This document shows, piece after piece, positions 17,745-26,492 of a stretch of 51,494 nt of DNA (positions within the stretch are counted from its first letter, which is position 1; each line of letters starts with the position of its first letter). Location of the stretch: positions 1-51,494 of IMG/VR virus record IMGVR_UViG_3300043764_000051. One strand, written 5' to 3'. The notes beneath the pieces were generated by a model, which did not search any database, was not told the DNA's origin, and saw nothing but the letters and a program-made list of their open reading frames with translations. Origin of the DNA: a virus (Duplodnaviria; Caudoviricetes). The position numbers and the translations under genes are program-made.

Positions 17745-18145
17745 AGGTTCATCCAGCGGTGGTGTCCCTGCGGCGGGCCCTGGACCGGGCCGAGCAGGGC
17801 GCCCACGAGGCGGGTGGCGACCCATGGACGACAGCCACGCACCCGAGCGAGACCGTCGCCGTGTACGACAGCGCTGGCGATCCGGTGGTCTACGCCGAGG
17901 GCTCGCCGTCGGTGGAGCAGGCGGCTCACATCGCTGCCAACTCGCCCGCGTTGGTGCTGCGTCGGGTGGCGTTGGACCGGCAGATCCTCGCTGAGCACGA
18001 GCCGGAGACGTTCGATCCGGGGCACTGCGCCGTGTGCCTGACAGAGCGCATCAGCGACCAGAGTTGGTGGGAAGCGGACGCGTGGCCGTGTCGGACGGTG
18101 CTGCTGATCGCCGAGGCCTACGGATGGACGGAGGCGGCATCGTGA
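17741..18145 (+). CDS. DUF6221-like phage protein
   Basis: HIAANSPALVLRRVALDRQILAEH...CAVC...WPCRTVLLIAEAYG. Confidence 0.75.
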   Translation: MKVHPAVVSLRRALDRAEQGAHEAGGDPWTTATHPSETVAVYDSAGDPVVYAEGSPSVEQAAHIAANSPALVLRRVALDRQILAEHEPETFDPGHCAVCLTERISDQSWWEADAWPCRTVLLIAEAYGWTEAAS

Positions 18146-18423
18146 ACGACTTCGACCCGGCGGGGTACATGGCCGCTCGGGCTGGGGCAGCCCGGTCTCT
18201 GCGGGAGATGGAGGCGGAGGCAGCCGAACTCGGCCTCGACCTGATCGCTGAGCTCGCTGGCTGGCAGGCCGGGCAGTTCGAGGGCTGGACGCCGTTCGCG
18301 GCGATGTGCGCTGGGGACTTCCGCCGACCGTGGTCACCGCCGGAGATTCCGGCTGGCTGCTATCGGGCGTCGTTCGGCATGGTGCACGTGAAGCCGGGTT
18401 GCCGCTGTGGGAGGGGGTTGTGA
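18142..18423 (+). CDS. hypothetical protein
   Basis: GTGA-coupled; ends MVHVKPGCRC. Confidence 0.55.
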   Translation: MNDFDPAGYMAARAGAARSLREMEAEAAELGLDLIAELAGWQAGQFEGWTPFAAMCAGDFRRPWSPPEIPAGCYRASFGMVHVKPGCRCGRGL

Positions 18424-18542
18424 TGTCGCGGTTGGTGCTGGAACTCGCGTTGATTCTCGGTCTGCCGGTCCTGGGCTTCTCGGTGATTCTGGCGCATGAC
18501 GCGTTGGAGGCCAGGTCGGATCGGCTGGCGCGCCGCAGGTAG
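18423..18542 (+). CDS. small membrane peptide
   Basis: TGATG coupling; hydrophobic 39 aa. Confidence 0.45.
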   Translation: MSRLVLELALILGLPVLGFSVILAHDALEARSDRLARRR

Positions 18543-18547
18543 CGCGA

Positions 18548-18575
18548 GGCCCCGCCGTGGGGGTGCGGCGGGGCC
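18548..18575. terminator. hairpin between convergent arms
   Basis: GGCCCCGCCG...CGGCGGGGCC. Confidence 0.7.
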
Positions 18576-18648
18576 AGGCGCGTGGAGTCTGAGACCCTTG
18601 TCCGCTGCTGCGGTGCCAGCAGCACGCTCTGCCGGACTTCAGGGTACG

Positions 18649-18828
18649 TCAGATGCTGCTCTGGAAAGCCGCGACGGCCACCTGGCCGGTCGCGCTGCTC
18701 GGGAGTGCGCGCTCGAGCTGGGCGGCGAGTTGGTCGGCGCCGAGCGCGGCAAGGTCGGCGAGCACGGTGCGCTCCTCGACGTCGTCCTGCTCGTCGGCGA
18801 GGGGGAGGGTGGCGAGTGCGGTGGTCAT
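18649..18828 (-). CDS. FxSxx-COOH family peptide (FxsA-like), orphan
   Basis: 59 aa, ...TVLADLAALGADQLAAQLERALP...VAAFQSSI-stop; CATACT six nt before ATG. Confidence 0.75.
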   Translation of the reverse strand: MTTALATLPLADEQDDVEERTVLADLAALGADQLAAQLERALPSSATGQVAVAAFQSSI

Positions 18829-18832
18829 GGCG

Positions 18833-19066
18833 TCAGTATGCCTCGCGGTACTCGACCGGCTCGGGTACGCCTCGGCGCGGCCAGGGCGACTCCGGGCGGC
18901 TCCAGCGGCCGTGGCGGATCCTGAGGGCGCCGCAGGAGCAGCGGGACACGTGGACGCCGCCGTCGAGGGCGTGCAGCACTGCCTTGTGGCGGCCTGCCAG
19001 GCAGCGCACGGTGTCGGCGAGGGTGCGCGGGTGGGTGTGCCAGTTGTGGCCATGCAGGGCGATCAC
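18833..19066 (-). CDS. small His/Cys protein
   Basis: Coupled to upstream gene; RCSCGA. Confidence 0.55.
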   Translation of the reverse strand: MIALHGHNWHTHPRTLADTVRCLAGRHKAVLHALDGGVHVSRCSCGALRIRHGRWSRPESPWPRRGVPEPVEYREAY

Positions 19067-19563
19067 GGGGTCTCCTCGCCAGTTTCGCGGAGTCGGTGCT
19101 GCTCCCAGAGAGCGTCGCAGACCTGGCCGAACAGGTCGGTCTCGCAGCGGTTCCCGTCGTCTGGTTGGCCTTCGTAGGTGTGGTCGGAGATGGCGCGGGT
19201 GTAGGTGACGGTGATGCCCTCAGGGGCCGGGGCGAAGCCGGCGCGCGCGGCCGCCAGCTCGATGGCGAGTTGGTCCCGTTGAGCCTCGGCCTTCTCCGCG
19301 CGCTCTTGGTCGGCGATCGAGCCGTCGAGCACCCGGGCGCAAGAGCGGCAGGGAGTCCCCCAGTTGAGGGCGTTTCGCAGCTCCGCCAGCTCGTCGAGGA
19401 CTTCCTCCAGGTCTGCGCGGTCGAGGGCGTAGACGCCAGCGGGCCGGCCGTTCGCGGTGTCGTACTCGGGCCCGTACTCGACGGCGTTGCCAAGGGCCAC
19501 GGCCTTGGGGCGGGCGTTGAGGTAGGCGCGGAGCCGGCGCGCGGGGCCACCAGGGTCGGTCAC
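19063..19563 (-). CDS. hypothetical phage protein
   Basis: LRNALNWGTPCRSCARVLD; coupled. Confidence 0.65.
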   Translation of the reverse strand: MTDPGGPARRLRAYLNARPKAVALGNAVEYGPEYDTANGRPAGVYALDRADLEEVLDELAELRNALNWGTPCRSCARVLDGSIADQERAEKAEAQRDQLAIELAAARAGFAPAPEGITVTYTRAISDHTYEGQPDDGNRCETDLFGQVCDALWEQHRLRETGEETP

Positions 19564-20219
19564 GGCTTCTCCTCGGCGAGCTGGAAGTCGATCCGCCAGC
19601 CGAGCTCGCGGAACGCGGCCTGCAGGACGGAGACGCGGGAGTCGCGGAGCATCCGTACGACGCTCTCGGCGCTGGGCCCGTCGGCCGGGTCGACGCGCAT
19701 GCAGTAGGCCCGGTTCGTCCAGCGGACCAGCTCAGCCGGGTCGATCGGCCCGGTCGCGGCGTCGGCTTGTTCGCGGATGAACGCGAGCCGGTCTTCGGCC
19801 TGGTAGAGCTGGCTGCCGAGCTCGTCGGCGAGGCTGATGGCGTCGGCGCGGGTCAGCTCGGACGCGTCGGAGTTCTCGTCGGCAAGGTGGGCGGCGAACT
19901 GGAGTTGCTCGACGCTCAACGTCACGGTGCCGTCCGTGTTCTGGACGGGGAAGCCGATGGCGGCGTAGAAGCGGAGGCGGTCGGCGCCTTGCGAGTCGCT
20001 GGTGAGTTCGGCTTTGTTGGGGTGTTCGGCGGCGAGGTGGTGCTCGAGCATGCGTGGCGCCTCCTCGCGGTAGCGGTTGATGATGGCGTCGACCTGCTCG
20101 TCGATCGGCTGGGTGTGGTTGAACGTCGGTGTCGGGTACAGGATGTGGCAGCCGTGCGGGCAGCGCGGGAGTGTGGCGAGGAAGTCGTTGAGGCGCTGCA
20201 TCGTCCCTGGCGCGGTCAC
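19560..20219 (-). CDS. hypothetical phage protein
   Basis: GTGA-coupled with AGGAG RBS. Confidence 0.65.
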   Translation of the reverse strand: MTAPGTMQRLNDFLATLPRCPHGCHILYPTPTFNHTQPIDEQVDAIINRYREEAPRMLEHHLAAEHPNKAELTSDSQGADRLRFYAAIGFPVQNTDGTVTLSVEQLQFAAHLADENSDASELTRADAISLADELGSQLYQAEDRLAFIREQADAATGPIDPAELVRWTNRAYCMRVDPADGPSAESVVRMLRDSRVSVLQAAFRELGWRIDFQLAEEKP

Positions 20220-20542
20220 TGCTGCTCCTGGATCACGATGCGGATCGCCTCGACAACGGCCGCCGTCCGGATCGTGTCGGGGAACTTCTGCTCCCAGGCG
20301 GCGGCCATCTGTGCGATCCGGGCGAGCTTACGGCGCAGCGCGGCGGGTTCCAGCTCGGCGGCGGACGGCCTGATGGCAACGGCGGCAAGTTCTCTCCGGT
20401 GCTCCGTGGCGGCTCGCTGGGCTTCGGCCTCGGTGCCCGTGTCGGCGACGGTGTGCATGCCGAACCCGCAATCGGAGTTGCAGCATCCGGCGATCCAGCG
20501 GCCGGTTGGCTCCTCCTGGACGACGAAGACGTTCCGTGTCAC
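20216..20542 (-). CDS. hypothetical protein
   Basis: GTGA-coupled; CCNSDCG. Confidence 0.55.
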   Translation of the reverse strand: MTRNVFVVQEEPTGRWIAGCCNSDCGFGMHTVADTGTEAEAQRAATEHRRELAAVAIRPSAAELEPAALRRKLARIAQMAAAWEQKFPDTIRTAAVVEAIRIVIQEQQ

Positions 20543-20907
20543 TTCCGCCTCGCCTTCGCGGCTTCGTAGCAGCCGTGGCAGTCGTCGACGGTGCCGTTTT
20601 CGCACGCGTGCTGGTCGAGGGGTGTGCCGGTGTCGGCGTGGAGCCGGTAAAGGTCGAGGAGGCCGTCCATCATCTGCCAGGCGTCGGGGTAGTCGGCGGC
20701 AGCATCCCGCTGGGTCTTCAGCCACTGCTCGAACTGGTCGCCGCGGGCGGGCTGGAGGAGTCGTTCGCGGTAGGCCTGCTTGAGTGCGTGCTGGTGGCGG
20801 TCGATCAGTTCGTCTGCGCGGTCGGCGGCGAGGGCGCCTTTGACGGCTCGGAGGAGCGCGGTGCGGAGCTGCTCCTTGGCGATGCCGAGTTCGTCCATGG
20901 CGGTCAT
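20539..20907 (-). CDS. hypothetical phage protein
   Basis: FEQWLKTQRD...LLDLYRLHADTGTPL. Confidence 0.65.
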   Translation of the reverse strand: MTAMDELGIAKEQLRTALLRAVKGALAADRADELIDRHQHALKQAYRERLLQPARGDQFEQWLKTQRDAAADYPDAWQMMDGLLDLYRLHADTGTPLDQHACENGTVDDCHGCYEAAKARRK

Positions 20908-21686
20908 GACGCGACCGTCAGGCTCGGCAGGGCCGGGATCGTGCGGGCGAGCCAGCCGTCGGGTTCGGTGGTGAAGTGGGGTGCGCCGGTGGTTTCCCAC
21001 CATGAGCGGAACGCCGTCGTCTGGACAGTCCGCTGTTCACGCTTGTCGAACCACTCAACCTCCTTCGTGCCGGCCTGCTTCACCGTCACCCGGCCGCGTT
21101 TGAACCCGTCGGGGTAGTCGTTCCAGTTGATGCCGTGCCGCTGCCACAGGAGTTCCTGCATGTGCCCGGTGTTCACACCGTGCAGTTCCTTGTGGGAGAA
21201 CCGGGCCTGAGCGGCCATCGAGATGCTGTTACGGACGGCGTCGCGTTGCCGCCACAGGAGATAGTTCGCGACCTCGACCGGATCGGCCAACGTGAAGACG
21301 CGGGCGTCGAACAGGGCGCGCTTCCCGGGCCGGCGGGCGTTCAGCTCCGCGGTGGCCAGGGCGGCGGCTATGGAGATCTGCTTGGCGACGACCCCGCCGA
21401 ACCAGGGCTCGGTGTTGAGGCTGCCGAAGTCGGTGTAGAGGACGCTGATCTCGTCGGACTGGGTGTAGGCGAACACGGCTCCAGTGATCTCGCCGCAGAG
21501 GGCTTCGGCGACGGCGTCCATGTCCGCGGCGAACTGGGCGTCGAAGGGGCGCTCACAGCCCCGCAGGCACGAGTGGAAGGCGCGGCCGTCAACCCTCAGC
21601 ACGCAGAAGGTGCGGCGCGGCAGCACGGCCCGATACGGGGCCTCATGCGCCTTCATCCTGTCTCCGAGAGCGGTGGAGTCGCTCAC
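20904..21686 (-). CDS. Thg1-like protein (tRNAHis guanylyltransferase / 3'-5' polymerase)
   Basis: LGDRMK, RVDGRAFH, YTQSDEIS, FDAR, WRQRDAVRN, NWN..P..FKRG motifs intact. Confidence 0.93.
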   Translation of the reverse strand: MSDSTALGDRMKAHEAPYRAVLPRRTFCVLRVDGRAFHSCLRGCERPFDAQFAADMDAVAEALCGEITGAVFAYTQSDEISVLYTDFGSLNTEPWFGGVVAKQISIAAALATAELNARRPGKRALFDARVFTLADPVEVANYLLWRQRDAVRNSISMAAQARFSHKELHGVNTGHMQELLWQRHGINWNDYPDGFKRGRVTVKQAGTKEVEWFDKREQRTVQTTAFRSWWETTGAPHFTTEPDGWLARTIPALPSLTVAS

Positions 21687-21988
21687 TGCTGCTCGCTCTG
21701 CTTCTCGCGGCTCATAGGGAGCGACGTGGCCGCGTTCAGCCGTTCCGCGTCGATGTCGATGAGGCCGAGCTCGAGCAGGTGGAGGAGCCCTTCTCGGATC
21801 TGCCCGCGCGTTGCCTGAGCCGGGGTCATACGAGGCTGCTTGTAGGGGCCGTCGGGCCCGAATGTCCACTCGTCGGCGGCGAAGGTGGCTAGGCGGAGGA
21901 CCTCGTGAAACGGACCGCCGTCGGTCTCGTCGACCGGGATGCGCGGCCAGGGGTCGAAGAACCCGGTGGGGAGTGGGGGCTTGGTCAC
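21683..21988 (-). CDS. hypothetical protein
   Basis: AGGAG RBS; coupled to Thg1. Confidence 0.6.
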   Translation of the reverse strand: MTKPPLPTGFFDPWPRIPVDETDGGPFHEVLRLATFAADEWTFGPDGPYKQPRMTPAQATRGQIREGLLHLLELGLIDIDAERLNAATSLPMSREKQSEQQ

Positions 21989-22001
21989 TGCTGCTCCTGG
22001 G

Positions 22002-22283
22002 TTAGTTGGTGGGCCAGTTGTCGGGCCGGTGCTCGTCGACCAGGGCTGTGAGCCAGTCGGGCCGTGGGTCGGCGGGTAGGAGGCGGGTGGTGGTCCAGCC
22101 GGGGTGCCGGCCTTGGCGCGGGCCGCTGATTTCGATGCTGATGGTTCGGCTCGACCAGCGGTAGGTGAGCGTCACGGTGGCCGGGGTGATCGTCAGCTCG
22201 GTGCCAGGGATCGGCAGGTCCGCCTTGCCGGTGACAGGCACCTCGACGACGTGCGGGCTGCGAGGACGACGGCTGCCAGCCAT
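22002..22283 (-). CDS. hypothetical protein
   Basis: GAGGAG RBS; ends PDWLTALVDEHRP. Confidence 0.6.
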   Translation of the reverse strand: MAGSRRPRSPHVVEVPVTGKADLPIPGTELTITPATVTLTYRWSSRTISIEISGPRQGRHPGWTTTRLLPADPRPDWLTALVDEHRPDNWPTN

Positions 22284-22344
22284 GGCGTGCTCCTCAGCGA
22301 GGTGGTTGCGGGCCGCCGTCCAGCATCGCGCATCAGCTGCGCAA

Positions 22345-22668
22345 TCAGTCGGTGCGGCGGGCGCGGAGGATCTTGTCGGCGGCCAGGGCGATGGCCTCGG
22401 GGTCGGTCGGGTCGACGTATAGCCTCTCGGGGTTCGCGCAGTACCCCTTGATGGCAACGCCGTAGCACCACCAGCCGTGGAAGTTGGGTCGGCCGAGGTA
22501 CCACTGCTCGTCCTCGTCGAGGCCGGGGGCGTCCACGATGACTGCATCGTCATGGGCGTCGAAGACCACCCAGCCGAGTTGTTCGAGGTGTTGCTGGAGG
22601 GCGGCGCTGAAGGCGTCCGGGATGGCGTCCCAGTCGGCGGGGTCGCCGTAGTCGGGGGCAATGGCCAT
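22345..22668 (-). CDS. hypothetical protein
   Basis: GGAG RBS; high GC3. Confidence 0.6.
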   Translation of the reverse strand: MAIAPDYGDPADWDAIPDAFSAALQQHLEQLGWVVFDAHDDAVIVDAPGLDEDEQWYLGRPNFHGWWCYGVAIKGYCANPERLYVDPTDPEAIALAADKILRARRTD

Positions 22669-22687
22669 GGGTTGCTTCTCCGATCGT

Positions 22688-22749
22688 TGTCTATTTTTTA
22701 GACACTCTCAGCATGGCAGGCCCCCGCCCGACTGTCTAGGAAATAGACG
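22688..22749. promoter_or_regulatory. two TGTCTA-N5-TAGAC operators between divergent genes
   Basis: TGTCTAtttttTAGACA (22688-22704) and TGTCTAggaaaTAGACG (22733-22749). Confidence 0.75.
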
Positions 22750-22771
22750 CCAACTCTGGGACCATCACCCC

Positions 22772-22990
22772 ATGACCGACTGGAAGCACGCCCTCGAAAC
22801 CCGCGCCGCCCACATCCGCGAGCAGCTCAACACCCTCGACGAAGAGATCGTCCAAGCCCACGCTGCCGGCATGTCCTGGCGCCAGATCGGCGACGCCGCC
22901 GCCATGAACCACGAGAAAGCCCGCCAAGCCGCGGCCAGGATCGCCAAGCGAGCCGATCCCCCGCCAAAGCCCCCAGCCGGCTCCCCGTAG
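22772..22990 (+). CDS. small HTH regulator (probably leaderless)
   Basis: AHAAGMSWRQIGDAAAMNHEKAR. Confidence 0.75.
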   Translation: MTDWKHALETRAAHIREQLNTLDEEIVQAHAAGMSWRQIGDAAAMNHEKARQAAARIAKRADPPPKPPAGSP

Positions 22991-22995
22991 CCCAC

Positions 22996-23445
22996 ATGCC
23001 CAGCCAGGGTGCGAGCGAACTGCTGGCACGGCAGCCTGAGGGAATGACCGAAACCCAAGTAGCCCTGCGGGTCACCGGCGCCACGCCCGCCAGGCAGGCC
23101 GTCCTCACGATGGCTCGGCTCCGCTTCCTGTCGGCAGCGGACACCGGTCCGGCCATCGCCTGGCGTGGGAGAAGCCCTGGCGTTGAAGGCGAGACGCAAG
23201 TTCTCTGGCTGCTGCCCGTCGAGCCGCTCCACGGCACAGACCACCTGTTGCCCCAGTTTGCCCCGCCCGGGAGCGGGCCGGTTGATATCGAGCTCGCCGG
23301 CCGCATGGACCTCGTCCGCGACGTTGAGGCGTTCCTCCGCATGTACTTCGATGCGGGTCCGTCGCAGCCGCTGGACGGCGAGGAGGGCGTCTGGTTCCGG
23401 CTGTCACCCACGGCGGAAACAGCGGAAGGCATGGGCGGCCGGTAG
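22996..23445 (+). CDS. hypothetical protein
   Basis: 149-aa ORF; start uncertain. Confidence 0.5.
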   Translation: MPSQGASELLARQPEGMTETQVALRVTGATPARQAVLTMARLRFLSAADTGPAIAWRGRSPGVEGETQVLWLLPVEPLHGTDHLLPQFAPPGSGPVDIELAGRMDLVRDVEAFLRMYFDAGPSQPLDGEEGVWFRLSPTAETAEGMGGR

Positions 23446-23566
23446 CGCCCCGTTCTCGGCCCCGGGCGCCCCGATGTCCGTCCGGGGGCATGAATGGCCG
23501 CCAGGAGGCGTTGCGGGGCCCGCTACTCCCGCGATGGCGGCCTGCGCGACCCCGAGAGCGAGCCAT

Positions 23567-23974
23567 TCAGCGAGCGGTCACCCTGAACGTTCTGCAGGAG
23601 ATACCACCCGCCGCTACGAGGGTCGTCTCGCCGACCTCTACCCAGTTCCGCCAGTAGGCCGCGCCACCGTGGTTCTCGCCCACGCACTGGCAATCGCACT
23701 CATCGCCTTCAGCGTCGCGGCAGCGGCTGTCACACCTGCTGGTCGTCCGGAAGTCGATCGTCACTTCGACGATTCCGAAGCGCTCGGCGAGGGCCTCAAC
23801 GACCGTCCGCATGTGCTGCCGCGCGATCTCCCAGCGCCTCGCGGTCCTATTCCACTCGGGGCGTATCTGGTAGCCGAGTTCCTGGTGGATCCAGGCGCGG
23901 TTGCCCAGCTCGTACGGCATACGGACATTGAGCCGGCCGCTACCGACGGGCCGGTGAACTGTCGCGATCGTCAC
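23567..23974 (-). CDS. Cys-rich hypothetical protein
   Basis: CDSRCRDAEGDECDCQCVGENHG; coupled to upstream gene. Confidence 0.7.
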   Translation of the reverse strand: MTIATVHRPVGSGRLNVRMPYELGNRAWIHQELGYQIRPEWNRTARRWEIARQHMRTVVEALAERFGIVEVTIDFRTTSRCDSRCRDAEGDECDCQCVGENHGGAAYWRNWVEVGETTLVAAGGISCRTFRVTAR

Positions 23975-24561
23975 TGGGCTCCCTGGTCGGACAGCATGCG
24001 GGCCACCTTGGCGAGCGCGTCGGAGGGCAGGTGCTTGCGGAGTGCCCGTGCGACGGCCTCTGCATCGTCGACGGGCACGCTGATCGTCCGATGCCGGAAC
24101 CCGGCCTGGACCATCGCGGCATGGGCGGAGAGGCGGCCTGCGAGGACGTCGGCGTGCAACTCGGGGGCGTCCTTGCGAAGACGACGCAGGGCAGCGGCCC
24201 GCGCGTTGCCATCCGGCTGGGCAGGAGTGACATTGTCAACTTTGCTACGGTCGCCACCGGGCTTCGCCTGGAGCGCCCGGTCGAGGAGATCCACCGCGAC
24301 CGGATCGTCAGCAACCACCCGCTGCACGAGACGCACCGTGGTGCCCAGCCCCTTCAACGGAGGCGTCGTCACGAAGTCCCCGAAGCGCTCGTACTCGACC
24401 AACTCCCCGCGCTGCGTCACGAACGACCGCCACGACTCGTCCGTGAGTACTCGGCGCAGCAGCTCCGGAGCGTTGTCCAAACCGCTTCCACCGCGCTCCA
24501 ACGCAGACGACAGTGCCTCCACCAGGCTCCCGCGTGCCCGCTGCTCCTCCCGGGCCGTCAC
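23971..24561 (-). CDS. putative DNA-binding phage protein
   Basis: FVTTPPLKGLG...GGDRS...LRRLRKDAPELHADVLAGRLSAHAAM; coupled to helicase. Confidence 0.7.
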   Translation of the reverse strand: MTAREEQRARGSLVEALSSALERGGSGLDNAPELLRRVLTDESWRSFVTQRGELVEYERFGDFVTTPPLKGLGTTVRLVQRVVADDPVAVDLLDRALQAKPGGDRSKVDNVTPAQPDGNARAAALRRLRKDAPELHADVLAGRLSAHAAMVQAGFRHRTISVPVDDAEAVARALRKHLPSDALAKVARMLSDQGAQ

Positions 24562-26492
24562 GATGCCTCCCGGATCCACTGCTCCATGAACTGCAGGCCG
24601 CGCTGCAGCTGGTCGACGCTCGCGTCCGCACGCTTCTTCACGCCCATGACCTGGTTCACCTTCCACTGCACCTCGCTGTGTTCCAGCCCGAGCTTGAAGA
24701 CGGCATGCCGCGAGGCCTTCGTCAGCCTGTCCGCCAGGGCCTTGCGCTTCCGGTGAAGCGGCTCGTCCTCGGCGCCCTCGACCCGCCGGGCCTGCGCCGG
24801 AACGAGGACTTCACCGACCTTGGTCATCCCGCCGAGTTCCTCGCGTACCAGCTTTCGCATCGATGCCAGCACGCTCGGCGGGAAGTCGTGCTTCTTGAGG
24901 AGTTCCTCGGCGCGCTCGTTCTCCTCCGCGGTCCACTCGGTCCCGCCGTGGATCGCGCCGTGGAAGGTGGGCTGCGACGCCGCGAGCGGGACCCTGGCGA
25001 AGAGGTCGAGCATCTGCTGGCCGTGGCCGTCGCTGAGCTCACGCTCGATCTCTTCATCTTCGATCATCAGCTCGTGCCGGATCTCCGCCTCGACCTGCGC
25101 CGCCATGATCCGAAGGCCCGAAAGCGCCGGTGCGAAGACCGTCGCGATCTGCTCATCGTCCTTGCCCTGCCGGCGAACGAACCGGCCGACCGCCTGCCGG
25201 AAGAACATCTCCGTCTTGGTCTTCGTTGCGTACACGCCCAGCGCGAGCCGCGGCACGTCGACCCCCTCCGACACCATGCGCACGGCAACCAGCCACCGCT
25301 GACTTCCCGCCGAGAACTGGTCGATGCCTGCCTTCGCTTCGGGGCCGTCCTCAGAGAGAACGACCACAGGCTCCTCACCTGTGATGGCCTTGAGCATCCT
25401 CGCGTACGCCTTCGCCTGCGGCGCCCGGTAGGCGATCACCAAGCCGCCCGCCTTCGGCGCCTCCATTCGCATCGCCGTCAGCGTGTCGTCTGCCTTGGCC
25501 AGCAAGCCCTTCATCCAACCCGTCGCAGGGTCCAGCGCCGTTTCCAGCACTGCGGACACGTCGCCGCGTTCCAACTCCGCGGACAGGTTCGCGCTCGACG
25601 TCACGGACCCGGAGTCCATCCACTTCATCTCACCGTCGTAGAAGTGGAAGTCGACCTGCCGGCACACTCCGTCGCGAATCGCCTGGCCGTAGCCGTACGT
25701 GTAGTCCGCGATCGACCGCGGCACGCCGTCGCTGTCGCGCTCGTACCGCACGAACGGGATCGGGTTGTTGTCCGATCGGAACGGCGTGCCGGAGAGCGCC
25801 AGCCGCCGGGTTGCCTCGCCGAAGGCGAGCTTCACCGCGGCGCCCCATGCTTTCTCGTCGCCGGCGTGGTGGACCTCGTCGAGGATGACCAAGGTGCGCT
25901 CGCGGCAGCCCATGCGGTGGAGTTCGGGCTGCGAGGCGACCTGGGCGTAGGTGATTGCTGCGCCGCGGTAGTCGGTCGGGTTCTCCAGCCCGTTGCCGTT
26001 CTTCGTGGTCGGGTCGATCTCGAAGCCGCACTCGTGGGCGGCTCCGGCCCACTGCATCTTCAGGTGTTCGCTGGGCACGACGATGACGATGCGCTTGACG
26101 ACACCGCCCTCGATGAGGTCGTTGGCCAGGCGGAGGGCGAACTTCGTCTTCCCTGCACCGGGGGTGGCGACGACGAGGAAGTCTCGTGCGTCGCGGGCCA
26201 TGTAGGTGTTCAGGGCTGCGCGCTGCCACTCGCGGGGTGCCGGGCCGGTCCATGCCATGTGTGTGGTGCCCTTCTTGAGGTTGCAGGTGGGGCAGAGTGC
26301 CTGCCCGTTGATGACGTCGGTTGGGCCGCCGTGTGCCCACGGCATCATGTGGTCGCCGTGCCAGCCGGGGAGGAGTCGCGTGCCGCACTCGGCGCAGTTC
26401 CCGCCGGATGCGAGGTACATCGCGACGCGTTCAGCGGTGTTGAAGCGACGTCGAGGGTGTCGGGCTTTACCGGTATGGTCTGTCAGGGCCAT
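24558..26492 (-). CDS. HNH endonuclease - SF2 (DEAD/DEAH-like) helicase fusion
   Basis: CAEC...DHMMPWAHGGPT..NGQALCPTCN; TPGAGKT, DEVHH, SGTP, EGVDVP, QAVGRFVR. Confidence 0.9.
   Translation of the reverse strand: MALTDHTGKARHPRRRFNTAERVAMYLASGGNCAECGTRLLPGWHGDHMMPWAHGGPTDVINGQALCPTCNLKKGTTHMAWTGPAPREWQRAALNTYMARDARDFLVVATPGAGKTKFALRLANDLIEGGVVKRIVIVVPSEHLKMQWAGAAHECGFEIDPTTKNGNGLENPTDYRGAAITYAQVASQPELHRMGCRERTLVILDEVHHAGDEKAWGAAVKLAFGEATRRLALSGTPFRSDNNPIPFVRYERDSDGVPRSIADYTYGYGQAIRDGVCRQVDFHFYDGEMKWMDSGSVTSSANLSAELERGDVSAVLETALDPATGWMKGLLAKADDTLTAMRMEAPKAGGLVIAYRAPQAKAYARMLKAITGEEPVVVLSEDGPEAKAGIDQFSAGSQRWLVAVRMVSEGVDVPRLALGVYATKTKTEMFFRQAVGRFVRRQGKDDEQIATVFAPALSGLRIMAAQVEAEIRHELMIEDEEIERELSDGHGQQMLDLFARVPLAASQPTFHGAIHGGTEWTAEENERAEELLKKHDFPPSVLASMRKLVREELGGMTKVGEVLVPAQARRVEGAEDEPLHRKRKALADRLTKASRHAVFKLGLEHSEVQWKVNQVMGVKKRADASVDQLQRGLQFMEQWIREAS

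Noticed and set aside
20904-21686. Retron, DGR or reverse-transcriptase system
   Set aside because: The polymerase is Thg1-type; no YxDD reverse transcriptase or template/variable repeat pair was seen.
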